64,000 nt of DNA from Nitrosopumilus sp. (lineage in GTDB: Archaea > Thermoproteota > Nitrososphaeria > Nitrososphaerales > Nitrosopumilaceae): the NCBI GenBank assembly GCA_965218695.1, contig OZ244651.1:1408001-1472000 (forward strand). The letters are read 5' to 3'. Positions within the stretch are counted from its first letter, which is position 1. The number at the start of each line of letters is the position of its first letter. A program made the position numbers and the translations under genes. Shown here piece after piece: positions 40,026 through 50,057 of this stretch. The notes beneath the pieces are model-generated. The model was not told the DNA's origin. It ran no database searches and saw nothing but the letters and a program-made list of their open reading frames with translations.

Positions 40026-41325
40026 TGCATAGTCGGGGACATAATGTTTCGCTAATTTGACGGTGCGGATTTGTGAGCAAACAACCGAAAAACTTTGATC
40101 CTAGGACATATTGAAAATTGGCATGATATTTTCAAAGGCGCTGTGCAGGAAAGACAGGCTGCCCAAGGGCAACGAATTCCTGCAGGATACAAACCAAGAT
40201 GAGATCCTCCGGATGATTAACCAGACGCTGTCCGGCAAGGCGCGGGACATATTGGTTGCATGCCACAAGAGAAAAGCCGGGATGAGCCTGCACGCCATAT
40301 CGAGTGCGATGATGAAGCCGTATTCCACCATACGCGGCTGGCTGGTAAGGGTCACCAGGCGCGGGCTGGCAGGCAGGTTTGACAAAAAGTCTACCGGAAG
40401 AAGGAGGATGCTGGGAGAACGCTCGGTTTGGATGATAAAGGCCTGGCTCCTGGAGGCGCCGTCAAAATTCGGGTTCGAGTCCGCGTCATGGAGCACAAGG
40501 ATGCTGCTTGGTGTAATCATGGACTGGATCGGCATGGGCGCCAGCGCCCGTACGCTGCGACGGGTATTGCGCCGGCTCGGATTCTCATACACGAAACCAA
40601 GACCCGTGCCCCGCAGGTCTGCCACGGCAGAAGAACAAAAGCGGTTCAAGGAGGAGACGACCGAGTCTATCCTAGGCATGATTTCGAGTGGACGCACGGT
40701 ACTTGCAGGAGACGAGGTCGCAGTCCAGCTGGGGGCAAGCGCCGGGTACGGGTGGAGGCCAATCGGAGGCGGCAATACGGTAGACACGGCGTTCAGCACA
40801 AAGTCATCCCGGATGTTTGGCGCGCTGTCATCTGAGAGGATCCACGTAAAGGACGTAGAGTACACAAATTCCGAGACGTTCAAGGATTTCCTGACGGACA
40901 TGCGCCAGACGTACGGGAAATTTGTCATGATCTTGGACAACGCGTCATACCACAAGACCGACACGGTCACGGATTTTGTAAATGGTACCAACGGGGACAT
41001 ACGGCTGATATTCCTCCCGCCGTACACCCCACAGCTCAACCCCATCGAGGTCCAGTGGAGGGTGCTCAAGAAAACACTTGCCGGGCGGCAGTTCAAAACA
41101 ACAGATGAAGTCGTGGATGTCGTCAAGAGAATAATCAACTCAGGCGAGATGAAGCCGGTCAAGATGATGAAATATCTTACGCCGTAAAGGCATTCCCGGA
41201 AATTCTTGCAACAAACTTAGTCAGATTACATCCCTGTACCCTGCCAACTTGGTATAATTCTAAGATGGGCGGTAGCTACAGTCTGGACGGGAAAAAGAGC
41301 GAAACATTATGTCCCCGACTATGCA
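40026..41325 (+). mobile_element. IS630-family element X
   Basis: Perfect 28-bp TIR TGCATAGTCGGGGACATAATGTTTCGCT; TA flanks. Confidence 0.92.
40111..41187 (+). CDS. IS630 transposase
   Basis: GDE, LDNASYH, LPPYTPQLNPIE. Confidence 0.93.
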   Translation: MKIGMIFSKALCRKDRLPKGNEFLQDTNQDEILRMINQTLSGKARDILVACHKRKAGMSLHAISSAMMKPYSTIRGWLVRVTRRGLAGRFDKKSTGRRRMLGERSVWMIKAWLLEAPSKFGFESASWSTRMLLGVIMDWIGMGASARTLRRVLRRLGFSYTKPRPVPRRSATAEEQKRFKEETTESILGMISSGRTVLAGDEVAVQLGASAGYGWRPIGGGNTVDTAFSTKSSRMFGALSSERIHVKDVEYTNSETFKDFLTDMRQTYGKFVMILDNASYHKTDTVTDFVNGTNGDIRLIFLPPYTPQLNPIEVQWRVLKKTLAGRQFKTTDEVVDVVKRIINSGEMKPVKMMKYLTP

Positions 41326-41327
41326 TA

Positions 41328-42621
41328 GTAGACGACAGAATGTTTCGCTCATTTTGCCATGAGTGGCAAGTACCTGATATTCAAATTAAAACCCCGCCAG
41401 GACGACACGGCGTAAGCATGGCCCAAATGGTTTTGGTGCAAAAATTCCCGTGAAGATCCTTACGGCGTAAGGTACTTCATGAGTTTGACGGGTTTCATCT
41501 CGCCTGTTCTGATTATTCTCTTGACGGCGCCTGCAACCTCACCTGTAGTCTTGAACTGCCTTCCGGCAAGTATTCTCTTGAGCACCCTCCACTGGACCTC
41601 GATGGGGTTGAGCTGCGGGGTGTACGGCGGGAGGAATATCAGCCGCACGTCTCCTCCGGTGCCCTTCACAAAATTCTTCACCGTATCCGTCTTGTGATAT
41701 GACGCGTTGTCCAAGACCATGACGAATCTTCCGTACGTCCGGCGCATGTCTTTTAGGAAATCTACGAACGTTTCGGAGTTTGTGGACTCGACTTCTTTTG
41801 CGTGGATCCGGCCCAGGGCCAGCGCGCCAAACATCCGGACTGATCTCGTGCTGAACTTGACGCTTACCGTGCCTCTGCCTCCTATGGGCCTCCACCCGTA
41901 TCCGGCGCCTGCCCCCAGCTGGACTGCAGCCTCGTCTCCTGCAAGCACGGCGTATCCGCGTGAAATTACGCTCAGGATCGTTCTTTTTGTCTTCTCCTTG
42001 AATTGCTCCTGCTCCTCGGTCGTGGCAGACTTGCGGGGCGCGGGCCGGGGTTTTGTGTATGAGAACCTGATCCGGTGCAGTGCCCGCTGTAGCGTGCGGA
42101 TGCAGCCGAATGCGCAGATCCTGCTCCTGATTGCGTCGCGCACCATGCCCAAGCTCCACGACGCGGATGCGAATCCGAATTTGGACGGATCCTCGTACAG
42201 CCAGTTTCTTATCATCCTGACTGTGTGCTCGTCCAGTATCCTCTTTCTCCCGGTTGACTTTTTGTCAAACCTGCCGTTCAATCCATCTTGGACGAGCCGC
42301 ACGAGCCACCCGCGGACGGTGGAGTACGGCCTCATCATGGAGCCGGATATGGCGCGCAGGCTCATTCCGTCTTTTCTCTTGCAGCACGCAACCAATATGT
42401 CGCGCGCCTTGCCTGACGGCGTTTGGGAAATCATCCGGCGGATCTTGTCTTGGCTCACGTCTTGCAGGAATTGGTCGCCTTTGGGCAGCCTGTCATTCTT
42501 GTATGGCGTGTTTGAGAATATCACCCAGATTTTCAGCACGTTCTGGGATCAAAATCTTTCGGTGGGAAATAACACCCACTCAATTTACGCGCTTAAATGA
42601 TCGAAACATTTTGTCGTCCAC
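41328..42621 (-). mobile_element. IS630-family element Y
   Basis: TIR GTAGACGACAGAATGTTTCG (18/20 match); TA flanks. Confidence 0.92.
41460..42539 (-). CDS. IS630 transposase
   Basis: Paralogue of 40111-41187. Confidence 0.93.
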   Translation of the reverse strand: MLKIWVIFSNTPYKNDRLPKGDQFLQDVSQDKIRRMISQTPSGKARDILVACCKRKDGMSLRAISGSMMRPYSTVRGWLVRLVQDGLNGRFDKKSTGRKRILDEHTVRMIRNWLYEDPSKFGFASASWSLGMVRDAIRSRICAFGCIRTLQRALHRIRFSYTKPRPAPRKSATTEEQEQFKEKTKRTILSVISRGYAVLAGDEAAVQLGAGAGYGWRPIGGRGTVSVKFSTRSVRMFGALALGRIHAKEVESTNSETFVDFLKDMRRTYGRFVMVLDNASYHKTDTVKNFVKGTGGDVRLIFLPPYTPQLNPIEVQWRVLKRILAGRQFKTTGEVAGAVKRIIRTGEMKPVKLMKYLTP

Positions 42622-43110
42622 TACGCAATATGAAATTGCATCGGCAATCTGTATCCCATTAGATTTTTTAGAATCTATGAAGAGAGGATCCTCAAGAATG
42701 TTGTCTATTTTTCTCCAATAACTCCCACGTGTTTGTAAGTTATATGTCGCCTCTTTGGTATTTTGATCTTTTTTGTTTAATACGTACTGTTGATTACTTG
42801 ATCTGTCAGTTCTGATCAAGCCAACGGTCTTGTTACGCTTTAGAGACAAATCAAATCGATCAACTAAAAGTATACGCAGTTTCTGAAATGCTATTTCCAG
42901 CATACTTTGTTTTTTTCCATTTTGTCTTGTCTATTACCACGGAAATTATTGTAAACGGAATGTTCGCCGGTGAGGAATAAATGCCATTCAAAACGCTTGA
43001 AACATTATATTCATTAATTGTAAGTGTTCACGTCGTGCCTAATTCAGTTCACTCTTGGGTAAATTTTGTGCAAACCACAGATCCAAATAGGATGGTAATC
43101 CAAACCCGAT

Positions 43111-44595
43111 GTGAAAAGCCAGGCTGAACTCAAAAAGATGTACACGGATCTCAAGACTGAGAACATCAAGCTCAAGCAGACGATTGAGATGCAAGGGCAG
43201 ATAATTGAGGAATTGAATCTGGCAGTTGCTGATCTTAAGCGCAGGCTGGTGCGGCATGACAATTACAACACCCCGTCATCACAAAAAAGGGGGCCCGGAT
43301 GGCCTGACACAAAGGGAAAAGGCGACGAAAAGAATGCCTACAATAAATCCACAAAAGCCTCCCGGGATCAAAAGGACCGCGTGGATGCAAAGGGAAAAGG
43401 CGACGAAAAGAATGCCTACAATAAATCCACAAAAGCCTCCCGGGATCAAAAGGACCGCGTGGATGCGGCCGGCAGCGGGAAGTCGCGCGGGGGGCAAAAA
43501 GGCCACATGGGCCGCACCCGCAAGCCAAAACCCACCGAGTTTGAGGAACACACCCCGGAGGCCTGCCCCGAATGCGGCTCGGGTAGCCTTTCCATAGTGC
43601 AGTCAGAAAAACGCGACATTACCAGAGTGGAGCGCACGATAAAGGTCATCACCACGCGCCACACCATAAACACGTGTCGCTGCTCCTGCGGTCTGGTGGA
43701 CATCAAGCCCGAGACCGGCCTTCCAGACAAGGGCAGCTACGATCCGAGCATAACGACTGATGTTGCAGACGATTACGTGTGTCGCATGCCGTTTAGGATG
43801 ATCGCAGACCGCATGTCGCGGTACGGAATTACACTCTCCTCGGGCACGGCGCACAACATAATGCGCAGGCTGGGAACGTCGCTGGGCGCCCCTGCGGCAG
43901 CCATTGCCGCCATGATACGCAAGGCCAAGATACTGCACGCCGACGAGACATCGATTCACCTAAACGGCCGCAACGTCTGGGTGTGGATACTGCACGATCC
44001 GCTGACCGGGCACGCGCTGTACGTGATACGGGACAGCCGGGGGGCAAAGGTTCTGAAAGAAGCGCTTGGGGGTTGGGACGGCACGTTAGTGTGCGACGGC
44101 TGGACGGCGTACGGAAAATACCGCGTCCAGCGCTGCTGGTCGCACATAATACGCGAGGCCAGGGACATCTGCAACCGCAATCCGGACTGCCCAGGCGCGC
44201 GCAACGTCCTGAAGCACCTGCGCATAATCTATGATTATGCCAGAAGGGCAAGCAGGAAACGCTCGCGCTCTCTCCGGGACAACGCGTCTGCCATGCTGAC
44301 GTCATGCATCGAAAAGATCGTTGCAAGGTACGCCGACGATCCAATATTGGAAAAATTCATGGTCAAGATCAGCAATGCTGGCAGCGACCTGTTCCGGTTC
44401 GTGCTGAACCCAAAGATCCCGCCTACAAACAATGCTGCAGAACGCGGGTTGCGCGAGATAGTCGTGCACAGAAAAATACGGGGCAGCATAAGGGCAGAGG
44501 AGACGATGACGTGGATGGCGAATTTCTTTTCATGTGTAATGACATGGAAAAACAAGAAATTGGATTACTTGGCGGAGATTGCAAAATACGCCTAA
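43111..44595 (+). CDS. IS66 transposase with 26-aa tandem duplication
   Basis: KGKGDEKNAYNKSTKASRDQKDRVDA x2. Confidence 0.93.
   Translation: MKSQAELKKMYTDLKTENIKLKQTIEMQGQIIEELNLAVADLKRRLVRHDNYNTPSSQKRGPGWPDTKGKGDEKNAYNKSTKASRDQKDRVDAKGKGDEKNAYNKSTKASRDQKDRVDAAGSGKSRGGQKGHMGRTRKPKPTEFEEHTPEACPECGSGSLSIVQSEKRDITRVERTIKVITTRHTINTCRCSCGLVDIKPETGLPDKGSYDPSITTDVADDYVCRMPFRMIADRMSRYGITLSSGTAHNIMRRLGTSLGAPAAAIAAMIRKAKILHADETSIHLNGRNVWVWILHDPLTGHALYVIRDSRGAKVLKEALGGWDGTLVCDGWTAYGKYRVQRCWSHIIREARDICNRNPDCPGARNVLKHLRIIYDYARRASRKRSRSLRDNASAMLTSCIEKIVARYADDPILEKFMVKISNAGSDLFRFVLNPKIPPTNNAAERGLREIVVHRKIRGSIRAEETMTWMANFFSCVMTWKNKKLDYLAEIAKYA
43310..43465 (+). repeat. 78-bp perfect tandem duplication
   Basis: Direct comparison with the single-unit copy at 29961-31486. 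Confidence 0.92.
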
Positions 44596-44668
44596 AAATG
44601 AGTTAAACCACGTGAACACTTACCATTAATTCCTTCGAACTCTTTTTTCCCCTTATGGATGTCATGTA

Positions 44669-45950
44669 TACCAAGGAAAATAAGTCTGTGAACGAAAATC
44701 AAATTTATTGCAAAATTCCATTCAAATTGCGCTCATGATGGGGGCAGATATTTTGCACGTTCAGACGTGCAGAAGAATCAGACCATCTCGTCAGACGGAT
44801 GTGCGCAGAATCCCCTGCGTGGAAAGCCGGCTCCCGGCTTATGCCTTCCTGTAAAGGTATTTTTCGATGTCCAGGTTCGGCACGGATGACCTCAGCCAGT
44901 TGTCAACGTCGTGGCACATGTTGCCAAACGTGACGTATCTGGCATCCAGCACGGCATGCTTCATCTGCCGCCAGACCTACTCGATTGCGCTCAGGTCCGG
45001 ACAGCCGGGTGGCAGAAACGCCAGCTCCAGGCCGTCCAGGCTTGCGAGTTCCGCCTTGACGTCGTTTGCCCTGTGCTGCGGCGCCCCGTCAAGAATCATC
45101 AGGATCTTGCCGAATTTCTTGTGTGCCTTCCTCAGAAAGTCCACAAACTCTTCCTTGCGGAACCTGTCATACCTCACAAAGAAGTACTTCCCGTCAGAGG
45201 TGATCAGCCCGAACACGACGGTCCTGGAGTGCGTCCCGGTGTACGTGTAGGCTGCCCGTACGCCCCTTGGGGTGTAGACGCCCTTTCGAGGCCTGGCATC
45301 GGCAGTCACGATTGACTCGTCCTGAACGCATATCGTGTAGCCCTCGCGCCTCTTGGATCCTATCAGTCCCCTGAGCTTCTTTCTGAACCAGGCGATCTTT
45401 TGGCGGCTTGCCCTCCTGACATGCCTTCCCACCGGGACCTTTCTGGTGAATCCCCACGACCGCAGTATCTTGCGGGCGTATTGCAGCGAATATTCCGTCA
45501 GGTACTCTATCCCGGACATGTTTCGTATGAGATCCAGCATGTCCGTGGCCACCACGTAGATTATCTTTTTGGTCTTTTTTTTACCTCTTTCAGGGTATCC
45601 TTCGATACCCGTGGCGGCCTTCCGGACCTGCTGCGCGTCTGCATCCCGTCCACGCCCTCCTTTACGTAACGCCGTCGCCACTTGACGCCCCATGACGGGA
45701 CCATTCCCAGATGGCGTGAAGCCTCAGATATGGACATCTTGTCCCGAATGACGAGCACGTTCAGCATTATCCTGTCCCTGACGAAGGGATCCCTTTCCGT
45801 TTTGCGAATTGCAAGCAGCTTCTTTGGTTTCATGGGTGTTGTAGGATGGTCGGATCCAAATAGTTTTCCTGAGTCATGACAGATTAGGCACATTCTGCAA
45901 AATTATTTGCAATTCCTGATGGAACGATCTCGGACTTTGTTTCCGTGGTA
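44669..45950 (-). mobile_element. IS630-family element, split and nonsense-inactivated transposase
   Basis: TIR TACCAAGGAAAATAAGTC / GACTTTGTTTCCGTGGTA, TA TSD; frameshift at an A8 run near 45580; TAG at 44977 inside AIE*VWRQMK. Confidence 0.87.
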
Positions 45951-46277
45951 TAGATGCATTTCGCTACCCTGAAATTTGTTTGGAAATACAGTATTTCGGA
46001 CATAATCTACACTAGATTCCATATTTTTACATGTCTGTCCTCTACGATGGCTCCACTAACAATATAGTATGCTGTTTGTTCTGTTGCCTCTTCGCTCCCA
46101 GATTCATCCACATACATAAAATACATGAGGCATGATATGAGTTTCTGATATAAATATTAGATGATGACAACCAGATAGCCCAGATGTTATCATGACAAGA
46201 CAGGATCGGGCGGCGGTTCAGGCTACATGATGCTTAGCAAGAGACATGGGTCACACAAATTCCATGGCAGGGTGGGG

Positions 46278-47489
46278 TTATTTTTTTGCGGCACTAACCA
46301 GGGATATCACGTCCCTGTCCCTCAGCTGGTAGTCTGTTGGTAGCCTCAGGTTGTATCTGAGATCGTTTGCGTACAGCAGCCCCTTGGTCAGGTCCGTATG
46401 AATCTCCCTTGCAAGATCCCGGACAGTCGAGCCGTCCTTTAGCAGGATCAGATCAGGCAGGATCCTGCCCTTCCCGTCAGAGAGGTTCTTTGCGTCGGCC
46501 ACGGGATATATCGAGTTCATCTTGAGCAGTTTGAAGACTGCCACGTTTATTGCAAACTGGACTCCGGTCTGCATGTACTCGCCCAGTATTCCCCTTTTGA
46601 TGATATCCAGGGCTCTGATCTGCTTCTCTGTGAGATCCTCGGGCCGGATTATCTCGAACTGCTCGGAACCCGGAGAGTATCTTATCATGCCCTTCTGCTC
46701 TGCGAGCCGGAGGCTGAACTCGCTGTCGCCGCTTACCGGAATCACTATGGAGTCGGCATACCTCTCCCTGAGCCGTACAAAGTTCTTGTCTGCGCCTTCA
46801 ACGTCAATCTTGTTTGCCACGATCAGCGTGGGCTTGGAGATTTTTCTGAGAACCGCCGCAAGCTGCTTGCTCTCGATCATGTCAAAATCATCAAACGGCT
46901 TGTCTTCGAGTTTGGTCTCTGTCAGTGCGGCCCGGACGTGTGCCCTTTTGACTCCGATGCCGCGGTAGAGATCGGTGATTGTGGTGGTAGTGTCGGCGCC
47001 ATCGTTGATCAGTTTTGAGGCCTTGTCCCGGTTTCCCTCCAGAATCTTATGGTACCACATGAGCAGCTCCTCTTCAATGTCTGCAAAGTCAGAGATTGGA
47101 TCGCCTGTACCGGCGCTGGTGATCCTTCCGGCAGAGTCGATTCCGCCGGAGGCATCGACTACGTGAAGCAGCGCGTCAGACTGTGCCGCGACTGACAGGA
47201 AGCGGTTCCCAAGGCCCTTTCCCCTCCACGCATCCTTGATCAGGCCCGGCAGGTCTATGAGTTCAATCGGGATGTACCTCCACCCGTCGACGCACCTTGA
47301 GTTGTTTGGGTTGTCTTGGACTTGGAACTCCGGATGCACGCACAGCGCCACTGCGTGTCCTGTTCCGGACACGGGGGACTTTGTAGTGAACGGGTACGAT
47401 GAGATCTTCTCAGAGGAGATGGTGGCAGAGTTGAAGAACGTGGTCTTGCCGGTGTTTGTCTTTCCGACAAGGCCTATCTTGAGGGTCAT
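46278..47489 (-). CDS. YchF/Obg-family translation-associated GTPase with TGS domain
   Basis: GKTNTGKTT, YPFTT, DLPGL-x6-GKGLGN, NKID, IHTDL. Confidence 0.92.
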   Translation of the reverse strand: MTLKIGLVGKTNTGKTTFFNSATISSEKISSYPFTTKSPVSGTGHAVALCVHPEFQVQDNPNNSRCVDGWRYIPIELIDLPGLIKDAWRGKGLGNRFLSVAAQSDALLHVVDASGGIDSAGRITSAGTGDPISDFADIEEELLMWYHKILEGNRDKASKLINDGADTTTTITDLYRGIGVKRAHVRAALTETKLEDKPFDDFDMIESKQLAAVLRKISKPTLIVANKIDVEGADKNFVRLRERYADSIVIPVSGDSEFSLRLAEQKGMIRYSPGSEQFEIIRPEDLTEKQIRALDIIKRGILGEYMQTGVQFAINVAVFKLLKMNSIYPVADAKNLSDGKGRILPDLILLKDGSTVRDLAREIHTDLTKGLLYANDLRYNLRLPTDYQLRDRDVISLVSAAKK

Positions 47490-47541
47490 GCAGTGGTTGC
47501 AGCCTCAGAATATTTATAATGTGAGTCGCGGTGAAGGCTGC

Positions 47542-47916
47542 TCAGTCGTGGCAGTCATCATGTGCGGATCTCTTGATTCTCTCAAGGGAGTCGCTGATGC
47601 TTCTCAGCGCCCAGTCAATCTCCGAGAGATCGTCAGGGGACAGGGAGTCGTGCCATCTCTCCAGAATGGCGTCTGCAATGTCCGAACAGCCCGACAGCAC
47701 CTGCCAGTATGGATGGTGCTCGGCAGTGGCATGTGCAAGTTCTGCCACGTCACACAGGCCTGTCTTTGCCCTTGCAAGCGGGGTGATCCTCTGATCGAGT
47801 ATCTTGATGATGCCAGAGTCGGCGTCCCTCTCAATCTTCAGATGAAGGCCCTGCCGCTCATGCCTCTTTGCCAGATCAATCAGATCGTCGTAAAAGTCCC
47901 CAAGGCTGTCGGTCAT
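47542..47916 (-). CDS. hypothetical protein
   Basis: ATGA overlap with the upstream CoA-binding gene. Confidence 0.7.
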   Translation of the reverse strand: MTDSLGDFYDDLIDLAKRHERQGLHLKIERDADSGIIKILDQRITPLARAKTGLCDVAELAHATAEHHPYWQVLSGCSDIADAILERWHDSLSPDDLSEIDWALRSISDSLERIKRSAHDDCHD

Positions 47917-48323
47917 GACAGCCTCCGGTGTTCTGCCAGCATGCATCTGTTAAAGACGATTGGGATCCCCTCCCTCGCAGCCAGGTCCTCAGCATCCTGG
48001 TTGTGTATTCCCTCCTGCAGCCAGATTACCTTGGGTCTCTTTTGGATGGCCTCCTGCACAAACGGCACCACCTGATCAGAGGGACGGAATACCTCTACAA
48101 TGTCAACGTCATCCTGTATCTCCAGGACAGAGCCATATGCCCTGCGCCCCATGATCTCGTCTGCTGCAGGATTAACCGGAACCACGTCATAGCCGTTCTC
48201 TGAGAGATATCGGGGCACGTAGTGCGCAGCCTTTGCAGGATCCCGGGACATGCCGATCACGGCTACACGCTTCAACGAAAGGATGTCTCGAATCTGTCCA
48301 TCGGTGTGCGTGTCGGTCTTCAT
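47913..48323 (-). CDS. CoA-binding protein (YccU-like)
   Basis: VAVIGMS, VVPVNP, VFRPS, WLQEG. Confidence 0.92.
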   Translation of the reverse strand: MKTDTHTDGQIRDILSLKRVAVIGMSRDPAKAAHYVPRYLSENGYDVVPVNPAADEIMGRRAYGSVLEIQDDVDIVEVFRPSDQVVPFVQEAIQKRPKVIWLQEGIHNQDAEDLAAREGIPIVFNRCMLAEHRRLS

Positions 48324-48497
48324 GGTATGGGTTCGGGCATGCAGAATATAATTTTTGAATTATCTGGCACCCGGATGATTCCCGCGCATCCGACGGTTGT
48401 GTCGGCGGCATCTTTAGTCATTCCAGACATGATCCGGGCATTCCCAGGTATGATGAGGGTGCAAAGGATTTTTTAATGACATGCATTTGATCTAGTC

Positions 48498-49016
48498 ATG
48501 GAAGAAGAGCCAAATGACGTGATGGTTCTGGGCGCCATAATGCGCGGCACGAAAAAATTTCAAAAGATACAAAAGGCCACAAAGATCGACCCCGAGGAGC
48601 TCGAATCAATCCTGGAAAAGCTAGAGAGGCGCGGATTCATCCAAATAGAGGAGAAGAAGGGATGGACGGGAAGGAAGGTCGAGATATTCGTCACAGAAGA
48701 GGGTGCAAAGGAGGTTGATGAGCGTATCCATGAGCTCCAGTCAAAATGGAGCCAGATGTCGGCAGTCTACAAGACGGGAAACAAGGAGAAGATGAAGAGA
48801 TGTATGGATGACAACAGATCATTCCTGCCCATGATGATGTTCTTTGGAATCATGGACATTATGATGTTTAGCATGATGTTCAACATGATGGGCATGACAA
48901 TGGCAGACTATGTCCCTGCAGAAGGCACGGAGGGCGCAGGCATGGATGATGCGGGGGCCGACGCAGGCATGGACGGGGACGTGGGCGGCGGATTTGACTT
49001 TGATGTCGGATTTTAG
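48498..49016 (+). CDS. winged-helix (MarR-like) protein with Met-rich C-terminus
   Basis: LEKLERRGFI...VTEEG; FLPMMMFFGIMDIMMFSMMF. Confidence 0.78.
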   Translation: MEEEPNDVMVLGAIMRGTKKFQKIQKATKIDPEELESILEKLERRGFIQIEEKKGWTGRKVEIFVTEEGAKEVDERIHELQSKWSQMSAVYKTGNKEKMKRCMDDNRSFLPMMMFFGIMDIMMFSMMFNMMGMTMADYVPAEGTEGAGMDDAGADAGMDGDVGGGFDFDVGF

Positions 49017-49052
49017 GCGGCATTTTATACAGGAATCAAAGATCACCCATAA

Positions 49053-50057
49053 TTGAACTACAACTCCTTTGAGAATCCAGGACTGGTAAAGGTGCTCAGG
49101 TTCCTGCAGACACACAGTGACGAATACCTGTCAGGGCAGGACCTGAGCGACGTGCTGAGGATCAGCAGGGTGGCAGTATGGAAGCACATCAGGAAGATCC
49201 GGGAACTGGGATACTCTGTGAAATCAAGACAAAAGCTCGGATACAGGCTCCTGGCAGACTCGGAGATGCTGCTGCCGTGGGAGATTACGTCAGGACTGAA
49301 GACTGATGTCATCGGACAGAGGGCATACTACTTTGAGTCCACAGACTCTACCCAGGGACAGGCCCTAAGGCTTGCAGCGGATCCTGCAAACAACGGGGCC
49401 ATAGTAACTGCGGCAAGGCAGACTGACGGAAGGGGAAGGGGCGGAAGAAGATGGGTATCGCAGGATGGCGGGATCTGGTTTTCGGTCATACTGCAGCCGG
49501 AATTTGGGATCTCAGATGCCACACTGTTCCCAATTGCATCGTCAGTTGCCCTCTCAGAGGCAATAGAGCAGACGTTTGGAATTGCCCCTGAGCTGAAATG
49601 GCCAAACGACCTGACCATTAATGGCAAAAAGGTTGCAGGAATGCTGGTTGATGCGTCGCTGGAGTCAAACAGGATCCAAAACATGATCCTCGGAGTGGGG
49701 ATAAACTTCGATGTCGATACCGGCAGGATAGAGGATGCGCTAAGGGACAGCCCGGGATTCTACGGGGCCTCGTCGCTGAGCCACGGGGAGGAAAAGGTCA
49801 GGCCGGTGAGGCTGGTCCAGTCATTCCTGATGGCGCTGGAAAGAGTCTGCAATGAACTGAATGCAGGTCATGCAGAAAGAATAGTTTCAGAATGGACGGG
49901 GAGATCATCCACCATCGGGAGGCATGTTGAACTGGATGCGCCGAATGGAAGAATCAGCGGGAGGGCCGTAAGGGTCGACAGGGACGGCGCACTGGTGGTC
50001 CTGCACGACGGTGTATCACACAGGGTCATAGCAGGGGACATAACAAGTTCGTCCTGA
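49053..50057 (+). CDS. birA: bifunctional biotin protein ligase/repressor
   Basis: HTH ISRVAVWKHI, QTDGRGRGGR-x-W, KWPND, KVAGML. Confidence 0.95.
   Translation: MNYNSFENPGLVKVLRFLQTHSDEYLSGQDLSDVLRISRVAVWKHIRKIRELGYSVKSRQKLGYRLLADSEMLLPWEITSGLKTDVIGQRAYYFESTDSTQGQALRLAADPANNGAIVTAARQTDGRGRGGRRWVSQDGGIWFSVILQPEFGISDATLFPIASSVALSEAIEQTFGIAPELKWPNDLTINGKKVAGMLVDASLESNRIQNMILGVGINFDVDTGRIEDALRDSPGFYGASSLSHGEEKVRPVRLVQSFLMALERVCNELNAGHAERIVSEWTGRSSTIGRHVELDAPNGRISGRAVRVDRDGALVVLHDGVSHRVIAGDITSSS

Larger units (their letters stand above)
43020..44623 (+). mobile_element. IS66-family type 2, copy 2
   Basis: TIR GTAAGTGTTCACGT; TSD CATTAATT; 78 bp longer than copy 1. Confidence 0.95.
39835..46126 (-). 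pseudogene. DUF3800-family protein disrupted by four IS and two frameshifts
   Basis: Reconstruction MYFMYVDESG...EMHLHDI...GIQIADAISYCVGRR...GYGLTFYP. Confidence 0.82.

Noticed and set aside
40101-42600. Long antisense ORFs over transposases, and similar ones at 17831-19021, 22391-23413 and 24663-25583
   Set aside because: Shadow frames of GC-rich genes with no recognisable motifs.
43310-43465. Direct repeat as a possible CRISPR or other array
   Set aside because: Two abutting coding units with no spacers; no cas genes or arrays in the window.
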